This document shows, in pieces, positions 27,831 through 39,659 of a stretch of 64,000 nucleotides of DNA; within the stretch, counting starts at the first letter, position 1; every line of letters begins with the position of its first letter. The notes beneath the pieces are model-generated. The model had not been told where the DNA came from and did no database searches. It saw only the letters and a program-made list of their open reading frames with translations. The stretch comes from Bdellovibrionales bacterium (GTDB taxonomy: Bacteria > Bdellovibrionota > UBA1018 > CAIMNF01), in the NCBI GenBank assembly GCA_947372355.1, contig CANBTI010000001.1, positions 18,296 through 82,295 on the forward strand, read 5' to 3'. Position numbers and translations under genes: made by a program.

Positions 27831-30330
27831 CCGTTTGAGTAGTTACACCAGCAGCGTCTGTTCCTGTGGTAATTGATCTTGTGCTTCCAGGTTCAGTTCC
27901 GGCGATAAAAGCTTCTTTAATTGAGCGTGCTCCATCAGATCTTTTTCCTGTTTTTGAATCAATATTTACAAATGTAATTCCATCAGGAATTGCAAAGTCA
28001 TCCATGGGATAATCTTTCAAAACATTTTGCATATATTTTGTCCAAATAGGTAAGGCTGTTCCAGCGCCGGTTTCACCGTGACCCATTGAACGTTGATCAT
28101 CGTAACCCACCCAAACACCTGTCACTACTCGAGGTGAAAATCCAATAAACCAACCATCTCGGAAATCTTGAGTCGTTCCAGTTTTTCCAGCAACAGGTCT
28201 ACCCAACACATTTGCTTTTGCAGCTGTACCGAACTGAACCACTTCTTTCATTAAGTGAGTCATGACATAGGCAACTCTTGGATCGAGTCTTTGTCCTTCG
28301 ATCATTGGATAGTATTGAGCTTGATCCTTTTTAACTTCCTTTTTCTCTCCCTCGGGAGTGGGCGTAGCTACTGCAACTTTTTCAGAGTTTGTTTCTAAAA
28401 CTCTTCCGTCACGATCTAGAATTTTTTCAAACATGACTCCTTGGAAGTTTTTTCCCTGAAGTGGAAATGCTGTAAAAGCCTGAACCATATCTTGAACGGA
28501 TGCGTTTGCTGAACCCAGTGAAATAGATAAATCAGCATTAAATGGACCCTCAAGCCCCAATCTTTTAGCAGATTCAATTACAGTAGAAACTCTTACGTCC
28601 TGAACAATTTTAATCGTTGGAATATTTCTAGAGTTAATTAATGCTTGTCTAAAAGTAGTGTCTCCATAAAATTTTTCTTCGTAATTTTCTGGTCTCCAAG
28701 TTCCATTTTCTGCATCTTCAAAAACCACAGGAGAATCAACAATAATACTTGCTGGAGTGAATCCTTTCTCTAAGGCTGTTGCATAAATAATGGGTTTAAA
28801 TGTAGAACCCACTTGCCGTTTTGCTTGAATCGCACGATTAAATTGTGATTGTCCGTAATCATAACCACCAACCATTGCTAAAATTTGTCCTGTTTGAACA
28901 TCGACAGAATACAAAGCGCCTTGAATTTCAGGAATTTGAATTAATCTAGCCTTCCACCCATCTCTACTATTTGAAATTGCCTTAACCCAAACAACATCAC
29001 CCTCGTGAAGAACGTCGGATATTTGTTTGGGAATTTTAGAAATTGCATCAGCAGGATGCGCCCAAAGAACCTGATCAAATGGGATATATACTTGAGTTAA
29101 TCCAATGTTTGCATAGGCCATTTTTTTATCTGGCAACACCTGGGTAACTACTGCTTTAAATTTTTTTCCTGCAATTGTCTTTTCATAATTTGGATCAAAT
29201 TCCTGAATTGCCGACTCTAAATCCAAAGTTCCTTCTTCAATTAAATATCGATAAGGAAATAATTCGTGAGTTAACTCTTTCTTTGCATCCGCCTTAAAAA
29301 CTTCTCGTTCTTTTGGATTGAGATTTTTAATGGGGCCTCGGTAACCTTTTCTTTGATCAAAATCCTCAAGACCCTCTTCCATCGCTGAAGTTGCATATTC
29401 GTAATACTTTATTCCCGCGGGTACCACTACAGTGAGTGCCTCTTCATATAGCGCTTTTTCACCATACTTTTGAGATAAGTGTCTGCGTAAATGCTCTACA
29501 AAATGGGGCGCAAGCTTTTGTTCGGTTCCATCATTGACATAAATCTTTACGCGTTCCGTGCCGGCTTTTTTCTGTTCCGCTTCATTGATGTATTTGTTTT
29601 CTCGCATTCTTTTTAAAACATAAAGTTGTCGTTCTTTAGCTTTTTTCGGATTGAGAAGGGGGGAGTACTTTCCAGGAGCCGTTGGCAATCCTGCAATTAA
29701 TGCCATTTCTGCGATGGAAAGTTTTTTTACATCCTTATGAAAATATGTTCTTGCTGCTGCCTGAACGCCATAAGATCCACTACCAAGATAAATCTGATTT
29801 AAATACAGATACAAAATCTCTTCTTTGGTAAGTGCTTTTTCTAATTGAAACGCTACAAAAAGCTCTCTTACCTTTCTAATGATATTCCTATCTGGACTAA
29901 GATATAATGATTTTGCAATTTGTTGTGTAATGGTACTTCCACCTTGAACCACTTGTCCTGCTAAAAAGTTTGCAACGGCTGCTCTTGCAATAGCTAAAAA
30001 ATTTACGCCCTGATGTTCAAAAAAAGTTGAATCTTCTGCCGATAAAAAAGCTTGAACCAATTTTTGTGGAATTTGATCGTACGGAGTGAGGTATCTTTTT
30101 TCTTTATAGAACTCCGCCATCACTTTTGTTTGTCCGTTTTCGATGGAGACAATTTGAGTTACTCCGAGTGGTCGATAATCTGAAACTTTATTAATTTCTG
30201 GCGAGTCTTGAGAAATCTTTTTATATACATAAAAAGCTGCACCAACGCCAACAACAGCTAGACACATTCCAATAAATATAATGGATTTGAGACTTACTTT
30301 AATTGAGAACTTTTTCTTTAGTCGAGCCAT
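27787..30330 (-). CDS. mrcA: Penicillin-binding protein 1A (bifunctional glycosyltransferase/transpeptidase)
   Basis: GT51 motifs (EDSTFFEHQGVN, GGSTITQQIAKS). Transpeptidase motifs STFKP, SRN, KTGTT. Confidence 0.9.
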   Translation of the reverse strand: MARLKKKFSIKVSLKSIIFIGMCLAVVGVGAAFYVYKKISQDSPEINKVSDYRPLGVTQIVSIENGQTKVMAEFYKEKRYLTPYDQIPQKLVQAFLSAEDSTFFEHQGVNFLAIARAAVANFLAGQVVQGGSTITQQIAKSLYLSPDRNIIRKVRELFVAFQLEKALTKEEILYLYLNQIYLGSGSYGVQAAARTYFHKDVKKLSIAEMALIAGLPTAPGKYSPLLNPKKAKERQLYVLKRMRENKYINEAEQKKAGTERVKIYVNDGTEQKLAPHFVEHLRRHLSQKYGEKALYEEALTVVVPAGIKYYEYATSAMEEGLEDFDQRKGYRGPIKNLNPKEREVFKADAKKELTHELFPYRYLIEEGTLDLESAIQEFDPNYEKTIAGKKFKAVVTQVLPDKKMAYANIGLTQVYIPFDQVLWAHPADAISKIPKQISDVLHEGDVVWVKAISNSRDGWKARLIQIPEIQGALYSVDVQTGQILAMVGGYDYGQSQFNRAIQAKRQVGSTFKPIIYATALEKGFTPASIIVDSPVVFEDAENGTWRPENYEEKFYGDTTFRQALINSRNIPTIKIVQDVRVSTVIESAKRLGLEGPFNADLSISLGSANASVQDMVQAFTAFPLQGKNFQGVMFEKILDRDGRVLETNSEKVAVATPTPEGEKKEVKKDQAQYYPMIEGQRLDPRVAYVMTHLMKEVVQFGTAAKANVLGRPVAGKTGTTQDFRDGWFIGFSPRVVTGVWVGYDDQRSMGHGETGAGTALPIWTKYMQNVLKDYPMDDFAIPDGITFVNIDSKTGKRSDGARSIKEAFIAGTEPGSTRSITTGTDAAGVTTQTAIPETDDDTLREDE

Positions 30331-30350
30331 TAAATGATTCTAACTTTAAT

Positions 30351-31103
30351 TCAATTTTTTATCCAATGGATGAGGTATTCATGATTCCCATCTGTGCCCA
30401 AAATTGGTGATGGAATCATTCCTTTGACGCTTAATCCAATTTCTTTTTCGGCCCAAGCAACCGTTTCACTCATCACGCTTTGTGCTATTTCTTGATCTCT
30501 AACAATTCCACCCTCTTGAACCCATTCTTTAGCCACTTCAAATTGTGGCTTAAATAAAACCACCAATTCTGTTCCAACTTTCATCACTTTTTGCAGTGCA
30601 GGCAAAATCAATTTTATGGAGATGAATGAAACATCCATCACCATAATGTCAAAGTAGGTATTAAAATGATCAAATTCTAGATATCTAGCATTATAGTTTT
30701 CTCTTGAATCTACTCTTGGATCTGATCTTATTTTCCAAGCAAGCTGATTGGTACCAACATCAATGGTGAATACTTTTGTAACTCCAGAATCTAAGAGTAT
30801 CTCAGTAAACCCACCTGTAGACGCTCCTACATCTAATGCCATCTTGTTTTTTACATCGATCTTAAACTCTTCTAATGCTTTTTTTAATTTAAGTGCCCCA
30901 CGTGACACGTATTTTATCTCAGGTTCCCTTAGTCTAAAATTTCCCTCTTTTGAAACCAACGTTCCAGGTTTTAATATGGGTTCATCATTTAGAAGTACAT
31001 GACCTGCTAATATCATCGCCTGTGCTTTTGCCTGAGTTGAAATGATTCCCAACTCAACCAAAACTTTATCAATTCGATCTAATTGTTTTTTTTTAGTCGC
31101 CAA
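30351..31103 (-). CDS. tlyA: TlyA-family rRNA 2'-O-methyltransferase
   Basis: S4-like N-terminus (RIDKVLVELGIISTQAKAQAMI) and a FtsJ-like methyltransferase core (ALDVGASTGGFTE). Confidence 0.8.
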   Translation of the reverse strand: MATKKKQLDRIDKVLVELGIISTQAKAQAMILAGHVLLNDEPILKPGTLVSKEGNFRLREPEIKYVSRGALKLKKALEEFKIDVKNKMALDVGASTGGFTEILLDSGVTKVFTIDVGTNQLAWKIRSDPRVDSRENYNARYLEFDHFNTYFDIMVMDVSFISIKLILPALQKVMKVGTELVVLFKPQFEVAKEWVQEGGIVRDQEIAQSVMSETVAWAEKEIGLSVKGMIPSPILGTDGNHEYLIHWIKN

Positions 31104-31108
31104 GATAT

Positions 31109-31339
31109 TTATTCAGGATTAAACGGCTTTGTTTCAACCGTGTCTGCGTTTGCTTTTGTAAGTATTTCAACCTTTTGCTCGGCTTGAGACAATAAGGTTT
31201 GGCACTGTTTAACTAGGCCTACGCCTTCTTGAAAAGCGGTGAGTGCATCTTCGAGTGGCAGCGTTCCTGTTTCTAGATTTTTTACGAGAGTTTCTAGTTT
31301 TTGTAAGGATTCTTCAAAATTTGCAGATGATTTACTCAT
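31109..31339 (-). CDS. xseB: Exodeoxyribonuclease VII small subunit
   Basis: NFEESLQKLETLVKNLETGTLPLEDALTAFQEGVGLVKQC is canonical for XseB. Confidence 0.85.
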   Translation of the reverse strand: MSKSSANFEESLQKLETLVKNLETGTLPLEDALTAFQEGVGLVKQCQTLLSQAEQKVEILTKANADTVETKPFNPE

Positions 31340-31342
31340 GTA

Positions 31343-33346
31343 CTACTCAGATAACACATTGATCACTCGCGGGGAAACGGGAATCAATGTTGATTTTATT
31401 ATATCTTTATTTTCATTCATTAATTGTGCTTGAACAAGTCCTTCCGGAACCTGAACGGATAAAAACCTTGGACAGAGTCCCTCTAGTGGGTAATCCAAAC
31501 TTAGTTTTTGATCACATAACACTGAATAGCTTTTAGATTCTAAACCAAATTTTTCAGTTAGATTTTCGATCTTTGCGATGTAGTGATTTCTGAATGCATC
31601 AATCTTTTTTGTATTGAACTCGCCCAAAATCATTCCACTTTGGTCATTTAAGTTTATGTTTACCTGTTTTAGCCAAGTGTAAATTAACTTTTCTGGATAT
31701 TGCTTTAATATAAACACACCCTTGCGAGTACGTTTATTTAATTGGTATCGGTATTGGTAGCTTTTTTCACCGTTTAATTTAGATGAAACATCAACAAAAA
31801 CTGGATATCCAGGAATTACGTTTATGTTTCTTAGGATTGCTAAGCCGTTTGAGTTTGTTTTAGTTTGAACTTCCGTTTGTGTTGAAATACCAACCGTCAG
31901 TCCACTTATATCATTTTGAGAATCTTTTTGTTCTCCTTTTACAATTTTGATGGGCACATTAATTGTTATTGGAGCAACTAAATCTAAATAGGTAACTGTT
32001 CCGCTTAAAACGGGTGTAAATATGGTTGTGTTTTCATCTTGTTTCTTTTGTGAAACTAACTCAACTACACCGGCACCCGGTTCTACATTTAGGATGATGA
32101 AATATTTTTTTGCATTCAATTCAAAATATTCAACCTCTTCTGATCTACCAGAAAATTCAATTTTGTATCCGTCTGGAAGTTTACCTAAGATCATTCCCAT
32201 TTCGCTCGAATAATGAACTCCAGATTTGATTGCTAAAAGTGCTACTGAGTTTTGATCTAATAATAGTGTACCGTTTGAACTAACTTGTGGGTAGTAACTC
32301 AACAGAGGGAAATATCCTTCTGTTTCCACCTTTACCCAGCCTTCTTCGTTCCCGTTTTTGGATATCCATGTTTTGCGCGTTGGGCAAATTTGAGTAGCCT
32401 CTTGGATTTCATTTTGTATAGGCTTTAATAAATTCATCTTAGGAAGCAAACTGCATTCTTTAGAGTCTTTAGTAAAACTTTGTTGATCACTATTGGTATC
32501 GTTTTGAACGTCGTTGTTGTGATCGATTTCATCCTCGACTGGAGTTGCCGTCGGCTTTTTATAGTTTGTTACTACAGGAGTTTTAATTTTATTATTCGAT
32601 ACATAGGATTCAATATGCTTCTCTAAAAGTGCATTTTCAATTTTTTTACCTAAATCAATATCGTTATTTTCAGTTATTTTTATTGGTTCTACTCTCACTT
32701 GAGCTGAGCTTTGTTCAATATTTACTTTGATTGAATCTTTTTCTATCGGCTTATTAATAATAGGTTCATTTATTTTTGCATTGCTCGATTGTAATTGTAT
32801 ATTTGGTTTTGTTTTTTGAGTATTCAAGTGGTGAGTACTCATTTTATATTTAGTCGCAATAGCTTGTAATGGCATTTTAGTCGCCGAAGAAGATGCAATC
32901 ACAATTGACTCTGTTTTTAACGGAGTATTGTTCATCACCATGATAAAATTGTTGCTCAATTTTTTTGATGCGATTTGGTAATCTTGAAATAAATCAGTGC
33001 TATTAATTTTTGCAACAACGTTTGCTAATTTATCAAAATTACTATGTTTGGTAGCTAGGCTAACTTTTCTATAGTTCTTGATGCTTTTTTCAAGATGAAA
33101 ATCTGCTAATTTTATTTCTTGGTTTCCAATATTTGAAGCGGGATAATCAACAGTAGCTAACGATACTTTTTCTTGATTAATTGCTGTCGAAATCCAGTTA
33201 ATTTTAGAGTAACTAATTTCTCTATTTGAAAAAATATTATCTATTTTTATAGTATTAAAATTTGCACCAGAGACAAAGCCTGAAAGAAGGCACGCCGAAG
33301 TAACAAGAGTAAAGCGTAATGCTTTTGGTGAAATGAATCCGTTCAT
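31343..33346 (-). CDS. Large secreted hypothetical protein (signal peptide, 667 aa)
   Basis: Signal peptide LVTSACLLSGFVSGA. No recognisable domains. Sits directly upstream of xseB with a 3-nt gap. Confidence 0.5.
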   Translation of the reverse strand: MNGFISPKALRFTLVTSACLLSGFVSGANFNTIKIDNIFSNREISYSKINWISTAINQEKVSLATVDYPASNIGNQEIKLADFHLEKSIKNYRKVSLATKHSNFDKLANVVAKINSTDLFQDYQIASKKLSNNFIMVMNNTPLKTESIVIASSSATKMPLQAIATKYKMSTHHLNTQKTKPNIQLQSSNAKINEPIINKPIEKDSIKVNIEQSSAQVRVEPIKITENNDIDLGKKIENALLEKHIESYVSNNKIKTPVVTNYKKPTATPVEDEIDHNNDVQNDTNSDQQSFTKDSKECSLLPKMNLLKPIQNEIQEATQICPTRKTWISKNGNEEGWVKVETEGYFPLLSYYPQVSSNGTLLLDQNSVALLAIKSGVHYSSEMGMILGKLPDGYKIEFSGRSEEVEYFELNAKKYFIILNVEPGAGVVELVSQKKQDENTTIFTPVLSGTVTYLDLVAPITINVPIKIVKGEQKDSQNDISGLTVGISTQTEVQTKTNSNGLAILRNINVIPGYPVFVDVSSKLNGEKSYQYRYQLNKRTRKGVFILKQYPEKLIYTWLKQVNINLNDQSGMILGEFNTKKIDAFRNHYIAKIENLTEKFGLESKSYSVLCDQKLSLDYPLEGLCPRFLSVQVPEGLVQAQLMNENKDIIKSTLIPVSPRVINVLSE

Positions 33347-33393
33347 TTTTAAATCTAACTTAATGATGAAGTATTAATCTTCAATTCACAAAT

Positions 33394-33426
33394 AAAAAAA
33401 GGACCAACGATTAGTCAGTCCTTTTT
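33394..33426 (-). terminator. Rho-independent terminator after atpC
   Basis: A7-GGAC-loop-GTCC-T5. Reads as hairpin plus U-run on the minus strand. Confidence 0.6.
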
Positions 33427-33453
33427 AAATTTTTGAATAGCCAAAAAATTGAA

Positions 33454-33858
33454 TTAATTGTCAATGCTTTGACGGATAATAGATCTTTGTAGTTTCAATT
33501 GGTATTTTTTGAATGCATGTTCATCAAGACCTGCTTCGCTTAGCATTTTTTCTGCTTTTGCTTGAGCGTGTTTTGCACGAACCTTATCAATCTCACCAGC
33601 CAGCTCAATAGTTTCAGCAATTACTTTCACGGTTCCATTTTCAATATTCAGGAACCCAGTAGAAATCACTCCTACTACCTTCACTGATTTAGATGACGTA
33701 TAAACAAAACGTCCTGTATCTAAAGTGGAGATCATGTCGGCATGCCCAGGGAGAACTTCAATCTCACCTTCAACCGTAGTAATGATTAACGATTGAATTG
33801 GTTCGTCTTGAAGTAATTTTCTCTCTGGAGCTAAAATGCTGAGATTAAAAGTATTCAT
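33454..33858 (-). CDS. atpC: F1 ATP synthase epsilon subunit
   Basis: N-terminal beta-sandwich pattern (LSILAPERKLLQDEPIQSLIITTVEGEIEVLPGH). Confidence 0.85.
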   Translation of the reverse strand: MNTFNLSILAPERKLLQDEPIQSLIITTVEGEIEVLPGHADMISTLDTGRFVYTSSKSVKVVGVISTGFLNIENGTVKVIAETIELAGEIDKVRAKHAQAKAEKMLSEAGLDEHAFKKYQLKLQRSIIRQSIDN

Positions 33859-33859
33859 A

Positions 33860-35284
<1,425 letters not shown>

Positions 35285-35310
35285 CTAATTCTCCTTCGAT
35301 TATTTATAAC

Positions 35311-36174
35311 TTAAACTGTTTTTTGGGACTCACTACCCGCAATAATTTCTAACAATTCTTTAGTGATTCCGGCTTGGCGTTGTTTGTTGTATTGCAATGT
35401 CAACTTCCGGATCATGTCACCAGCGTTTTTAGTCGCGTTCTCCATAGCACCCATACGAGCACCATGTTCAGAAGCTTGCGCCTCTAAGAAAGCTTTAAAA
35501 ATTTGGATGGTAAAATACTTTGAAGCTAAAGAATCATACAATTCTTTTTTGCTCGGAACAAAAATAGCAAGGTCACGATTCTTAGCTGCATCAGCTCCAG
35601 TTGCTTCAGCGAGGGGAAGCACTTTATCTGTTTTAATTTCTTGGGTAATCGCGTTTTTGAACTCATTAAACACGAAGTAAACTTCATCCACTTCACCTTT
35701 GTCGTATAAAGGAGAAATTACTTTTGCTAATTCCGTTGCTCTACGAAATGTGATTTTTTGACCAAATTCTTCATAATGAGCAATATCGGCTTTAAATCTA
35801 AGTTTGATAATTTCTTGAACTTTTTTACCTACGAAAACACATTTTACTGCATTTCCTTGGGCTTGCTTATCAGTCAAAAACTGAGAAGCAGCGCGGATCA
35901 CAGTAGCATTGTAACCACCGCAAAGACCACGGTCTGAACTAAAGGCAACCAATAAACTTACTGGTTTGCGGTTTATGCTTCCAGTGTCTTCAGAGTTTCC
36001 TTCGGAGAGAGCGCTCATTAAGTTGGCAATTTCTCGCGCATACGGACGCTGACTTAAGATCGCATCAGTAGCTCGGCGAAGTTTTGCCGCAGAAACCATC
36101 TTCATTGCTTTAGTGGTTTGCTGAGTATTCTTCGTAGAAGTAATTCGTTTTTTGAGGTCTTTGATACTAGCCAT
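35311..36174 (-). CDS. atpG: F1 ATP synthase gamma subunit
   Basis: N-terminus MASIKDLKKRITSTKNTQQTTKAMKMVSAAKLRRA. Confidence 0.9.
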   Translation of the reverse strand: MASIKDLKKRITSTKNTQQTTKAMKMVSAAKLRRATDAILSQRPYAREIANLMSALSEGNSEDTGSINRKPVSLLVAFSSDRGLCGGYNATVIRAASQFLTDKQAQGNAVKCVFVGKKVQEIIKLRFKADIAHYEEFGQKITFRRATELAKVISPLYDKGEVDEVYFVFNEFKNAITQEIKTDKVLPLAEATGADAAKNRDLAIFVPSKKELYDSLASKYFTIQIFKAFLEAQASEHGARMGAMENATKNAGDMIRKLTLQYNKQRQAGITKELLEIIAGSESQKTV

Positions 36175-36182
36175 TTTTTTTC

Positions 36183-37688
36183 CTAGTTAAAAGTCTTCAT
36201 GAAAGCTTTGATCGCTTCTTCTAGTTTTGCCTTAGTTGCATCATCAATTTTTTGTGTTTTCACAATTGATTCAGTCACTTCTGGGCTGTTTTTAGCAAGA
36301 TAAGCTTGGAATTGATCTTCAAAATCAGCAATTTTATCTAGTGGAACGCTGTCTATAAAACCATTCACACCTGCGAAAATAGAAGTAATTTGTTTTTCAA
36401 CAGCAAATGGAGTGTATTGAGCTTGCTTCAACAGTTCTACCAATCGTTGACCACGCGCCAACTGACGTTGAGTTGCAGGATCAAGATCAGAACCAAATTG
36501 TGCGAATGCTGCCTTCTCGCGATATTGCGCAAGATCAAGACGAAGCGTACCGGCAACTTGTTTCATCGCTTTAATTTGAGCAGATCCACCCACACGAGAA
36601 ACTGATAAACCCACGTTTACTGCTGGACGAACACCACTGTTAAATAAATCTGAATCCAAGAAAATTTGTCCGTCGGTGATGGAGATCACGTTCGTAGGAA
36701 TATAACCAGAAACGTCACCCGCTTGAGTTTCAATAATTGGAAGCGCAGTAATACTTCCAGCACCTTTTTTATCGCTCAACTTTGCGGCGCGCTCTAACAA
36801 GCGAGAGTGAATGTAGAACACGTCTCCTGGGTAAGCTTCGCGTCCTGGAGGACGGCGAAGTAAAAGTGATAATTGACGATAAGCTTGAGCTTGTTTTGTT
36901 AAATCATCATAAACAATGAGTGCATGCATTCCGTTATCACGGAAATACTCAGCCATAGTTACTCCAGTGTATGGAGCTAAAAATTGAAGTGGAGCTTGAT
37001 CAGAAGCGCCTGCTGTCACAACGATTGTATATTCCATTGCTCCAGCTTTTTTCAAACGATCTACCACTTGTGCAACTGTAGATTGTTTTTGTCCGATCGC
37101 TACATATACACAATAAACATTTTTGCCTTTTTGATTGATGATTGTATCAATCGCAATAGCGGTTTTACCCGTTTGGCGGTCACCAATGATTAACTCGCGT
37201 TGTCCGCGTCCGATTGGAATCATCGCATCGATGGCTTTAATTCCAGTTTGTAGAGGCTCATGTACCGATTTACGATCAATGATTCCTGGGGCCTTCACTT
37301 CAATGAGGCGAGTTTCTTTTGCTTTTAAATCACCTTGTCCATCAATCGCTTGTCCAAGAGCATTCACAACGCGACCAAGTAGTTCTTTACCAACTGGCAC
37401 TTGAACAATTTTTCCAGTACGTTTAACAATTGAACCTTCACGAATTTGAGTTTCATCACCCAAAATTACAGCACCAACAGAAAGCTCCTCTAAGTTAAGA
37501 ATCATTCCTGAAACGTTGTTACCGAAATCAACTAACTCTCCGGCCATTACTTTATCTAAACCGTAAATTTTTGCTACACCATCACCTACCGCTAATACTG
37601 TTCCTGTCTCAGAAACATCAAGACGGCTGTCTAGGTTGGAAAGTTGGCTCTTGAGTACTTCTGCAATTTCGTTGGCTTTTAAGCTCAT
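36183..37688 (-). CDS. atpA: F1 ATP synthase alpha subunit
   Basis: Walker [10 protein letters not shown]. About 500 aa. Confidence 0.95.
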   Translation of the reverse strand: MSLKANEIAEVLKSQLSNLDSRLDVSETGTVLAVGDGVAKIYGLDKVMAGELVDFGNNVSGMILNLEELSVGAVILGDETQIREGSIVKRTGKIVQVPVGKELLGRVVNALGQAIDGQGDLKAKETRLIEVKAPGIIDRKSVHEPLQTGIKAIDAMIPIGRGQRELIIGDRQTGKTAIAIDTIINQKGKNVYCVYVAIGQKQSTVAQVVDRLKKAGAMEYTIVVTAGASDQAPLQFLAPYTGVTMAEYFRDNGMHALIVYDDLTKQAQAYRQLSLLLRRPPGREAYPGDVFYIHSRLLERAAKLSDKKGAGSITALPIIETQAGDVSGYIPTNVISITDGQIFLDSDLFNSGVRPAVNVGLSVSRVGGSAQIKAMKQVAGTLRLDLAQYREKAAFAQFGSDLDPATQRQLARGQRLVELLKQAQYTPFAVEKQITSIFAGVNGFIDSVPLDKIADFEDQFQAYLAKNSPEVTESIVKTQKIDDATKAKLEEAIKAFMKTFN

Positions 37689-37743
37689 TTTCTTTTTCCT
37701 TCTTTTAGTTCAAGCAACCACCGCCAGGTGGTGCATTTAATTT

Positions 37744-38280
37744 TTACTGAAAACTGTCTTTAACTTTATTTAACTTGGTGCGAACTGTGCCATCGTAGGT
37801 TTTTTCACCTACAGTTACTCTTAATCCTGCAATTAAACTTGGATCTACTTTTTCTTTTAAATGAACTTTTTTATTCATTTTTTTAGAAATTGCCATTTCA
37901 ATTGAATTCACTGTTCCTGCGTCCAATGGAATCGCACTAACAACTTCGCCAATTAATCCACCGCTTTTTTGAACTTGGATCGATTCAACTTCAGCTAAAA
38001 TAGAACCAAGAATCCCTAATCTATTGCGCTTAATTAACATCGAAATAAATTTTTCAGAAATCGGAGATAAATTCATTTTTTGAGAAAACAATTTTAGAGC
38101 ACCTTGTTTTTCGTCGTCACCCAAAACAGGGTTATCAAAAACTTTAATCATCAATGGAGATTCAACTGCTAGCTTTGAAAAGGCATCAAGCTCTTTAATT
38201 ACGGATTCCATCGAAAACTTAGATCCCGGAGCGGATAAAACATCCACTAATACCTGTGAATAAAGTCTAATCGCCTTCAT
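37744..38280 (-). CDS. atpH: F1 ATP synthase delta subunit (OSCP)
   Basis: 178 aa. Position between atpF and atpA. Typical delta C-terminal pattern. Confidence 0.8.
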   Translation of the reverse strand: MKAIRLYSQVLVDVLSAPGSKFSMESVIKELDAFSKLAVESPLMIKVFDNPVLGDDEKQGALKLFSQKMNLSPISEKFISMLIKRNRLGILGSILAEVESIQVQKSGGLIGEVVSAIPLDAGTVNSIEMAISKKMNKKVHLKEKVDPSLIAGLRVTVGEKTYDGTVRTKLNKVKDSFQ

Positions 38281-38744
38281 GCTGAAACCTCTTTCACAAA
38301 CTGCTCATTAATTCCTTTATGAGTTTGTTCATTAAGTCCTGCTTTAACTTTTTCTTCTACTAAGCCAATGATTTGTCCTGCAATGCTTTTGGTCACTTGC
38401 TCGCGGATTTGAACTTCTAAAGATTTTCTATTTAGCTCTGCTTCAGTATTCATTTGGGCAATAATTTTAACTGAAGAATCTTTAATCTCTTTTACCTGAG
38501 ATGCTTCGCGCTCTTTCCAATCAGAAAATACAATCTCTTTTTCTTTTTGAAGGTTTGCAAATCTAGCTTCAATCTCTTGTTTTTTACTGTTTGCAGTAGC
38601 CGTTTGTACTTTAGCTTTATTTAATCCTTCGCTCACTTCTTCAAAGCGAGTTTTCATAAACTTCACAAAAGAATCTTTTGTTTTATAAATAATAAAAGCG
38701 AGAAGCCCAAAAAGATGAATAGCCGGGAGTAATAGTTTTTCCAT
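38277..38744 (-). CDS. atpF: Fo ATP synthase b subunit
   Basis: Single N-terminal TM helix followed by a long charged helix. Start taken at MEKLLLPAIHLF. Confidence 0.7.
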   Translation of the reverse strand: MEKLLLPAIHLFGLLAFIIYKTKDSFVKFMKTRFEEVSEGLNKAKVQTATANSKKQEIEARFANLQKEKEIVFSDWKEREASQVKEIKDSSVKIIAQMNTEAELNRKSLEVQIREQVTKSIAGQIIGLVEEKVKAGLNEQTHKGINEQFVKEVSA

Positions 38745-38745
38745 T

Positions 38746-39186
38746 TTATTTTCCTGCCAATACCTTTTGAGTAATTGTTTCTGCCATTGAAGCAACTTGA
38801 GTTTTTAACTCTGATTCAACCTTTGTTGCATCACCTTGAAGTTGATCAAAAACTTTTTTATATTCTTTTTTAAGCTCTTCTTTGTGCTTTAAAAGAGCCG
38901 CATCCTCTTGTGATCTTGCATTAGTTAACGCTTGATCGTGTTGAGATTTTGCCTCTGTACGAATTTGTGAAAGTGTTTTTTCGTATTCACTTATTTTTAG
39001 CTCTACTGCTTTTAAAAGTTCAGTAGCTCCTTCAACATCATTTTTTAAACTTTGGTTACGTTTTTCGATGATTTTTTGAAAGGGCTTTAAATAGATGGCG
39101 GAGAGTGCAACAAAAAAAATCGCAAAAAGTGCGAATTGAATTAGAAATGTATTATTAACTTCAAGCTGCTCAAGTATTTCGTTCAT
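38746..39186 (-). CDS. Fo ATP synthase b' subunit (second b-type subunit)
   Basis: Same architecture as atpF (TM helix plus charged helix) but a distinct sequence. Confidence 0.65.
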   Translation of the reverse strand: MNEILEQLEVNNTFLIQFALFAIFFVALSAIYLKPFQKIIEKRNQSLKNDVEGATELLKAVELKISEYEKTLSQIRTEAKSQHDQALTNARSQEDAALLKHKEELKKEYKKVFDQLQGDATKVESELKTQVASMAETITQKVLAGK

Positions 39187-39293
39187 GTTGGTTCAACCAT
39201 GCTATCAGCTCTTATTTATTGAGCTTTTTTTATTAAAAAATTGAATAGGTTGTCCAGTTAGTTATCATGGGCTCTCAGAAGCGGTCAAGAAAG

Positions 39294-39656
39294 TTATCTC
39301 ATTTTGTTGGTGCCTTCAAAGATCACACCCTCTTCAACCTTTAAACTTGGCGTACTCATTTCACCGCGAAATATTGCAGGCTTTCTGATTTCAACACGGT
39401 ACTTTGCGTTAATTTCTGCCTCAACTCTGCCATAGATAATGACCACGCCTGCGTGAATTTGTCCCTCAACGCGCCCAGACTCTCCAACCACAAGTACATC
39501 TGGTGTTTCAATTTTTCCTCGCAGCGTTCCATTAATATGAAAGCAACCGCTGTAAGCCAAAGTTCCTTCGAACACTGCATTAGAGTCCAAAACTCCAGTG
39601 ACCTGATCAGCAACAACTTCTGGAACGATGAAATTTTCTAGCTTAAAATTTGCCAT
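39294..39656 (-). CDS. Bactofilin-family cytoskeletal protein
   Basis: 120 aa with a beta-helical repeat pattern (FEGTLAYSGCFHINGTLRGKIETPDVLVVGESGRVEGQIHAGVVIIYGRVEAEINAKYRVEIRKPAIFRGEM), typical of DUF583/bactofilin. Lies 4 nt downstream of parB. Confidence 0.7.
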   Translation of the reverse strand: MANFKLENFIVPEVVADQVTGVLDSNAVFEGTLAYSGCFHINGTLRGKIETPDVLVVGESGRVEGQIHAGVVIIYGRVEAEINAKYRVEIRKPAIFRGEMSTPSLKVEEGVIFEGTNKMR

Positions 39657-39659
39657 GAC

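Noticed and set aside
39187-39293. Small AGCTC hairpin plus T7 on the plus strand between the bactofilin gene and atpF'
   Set aside because: The stem is only 5 bp and is oriented for plus-strand termination where no plus-strand gene exists. The region is more likely the atp promoter.
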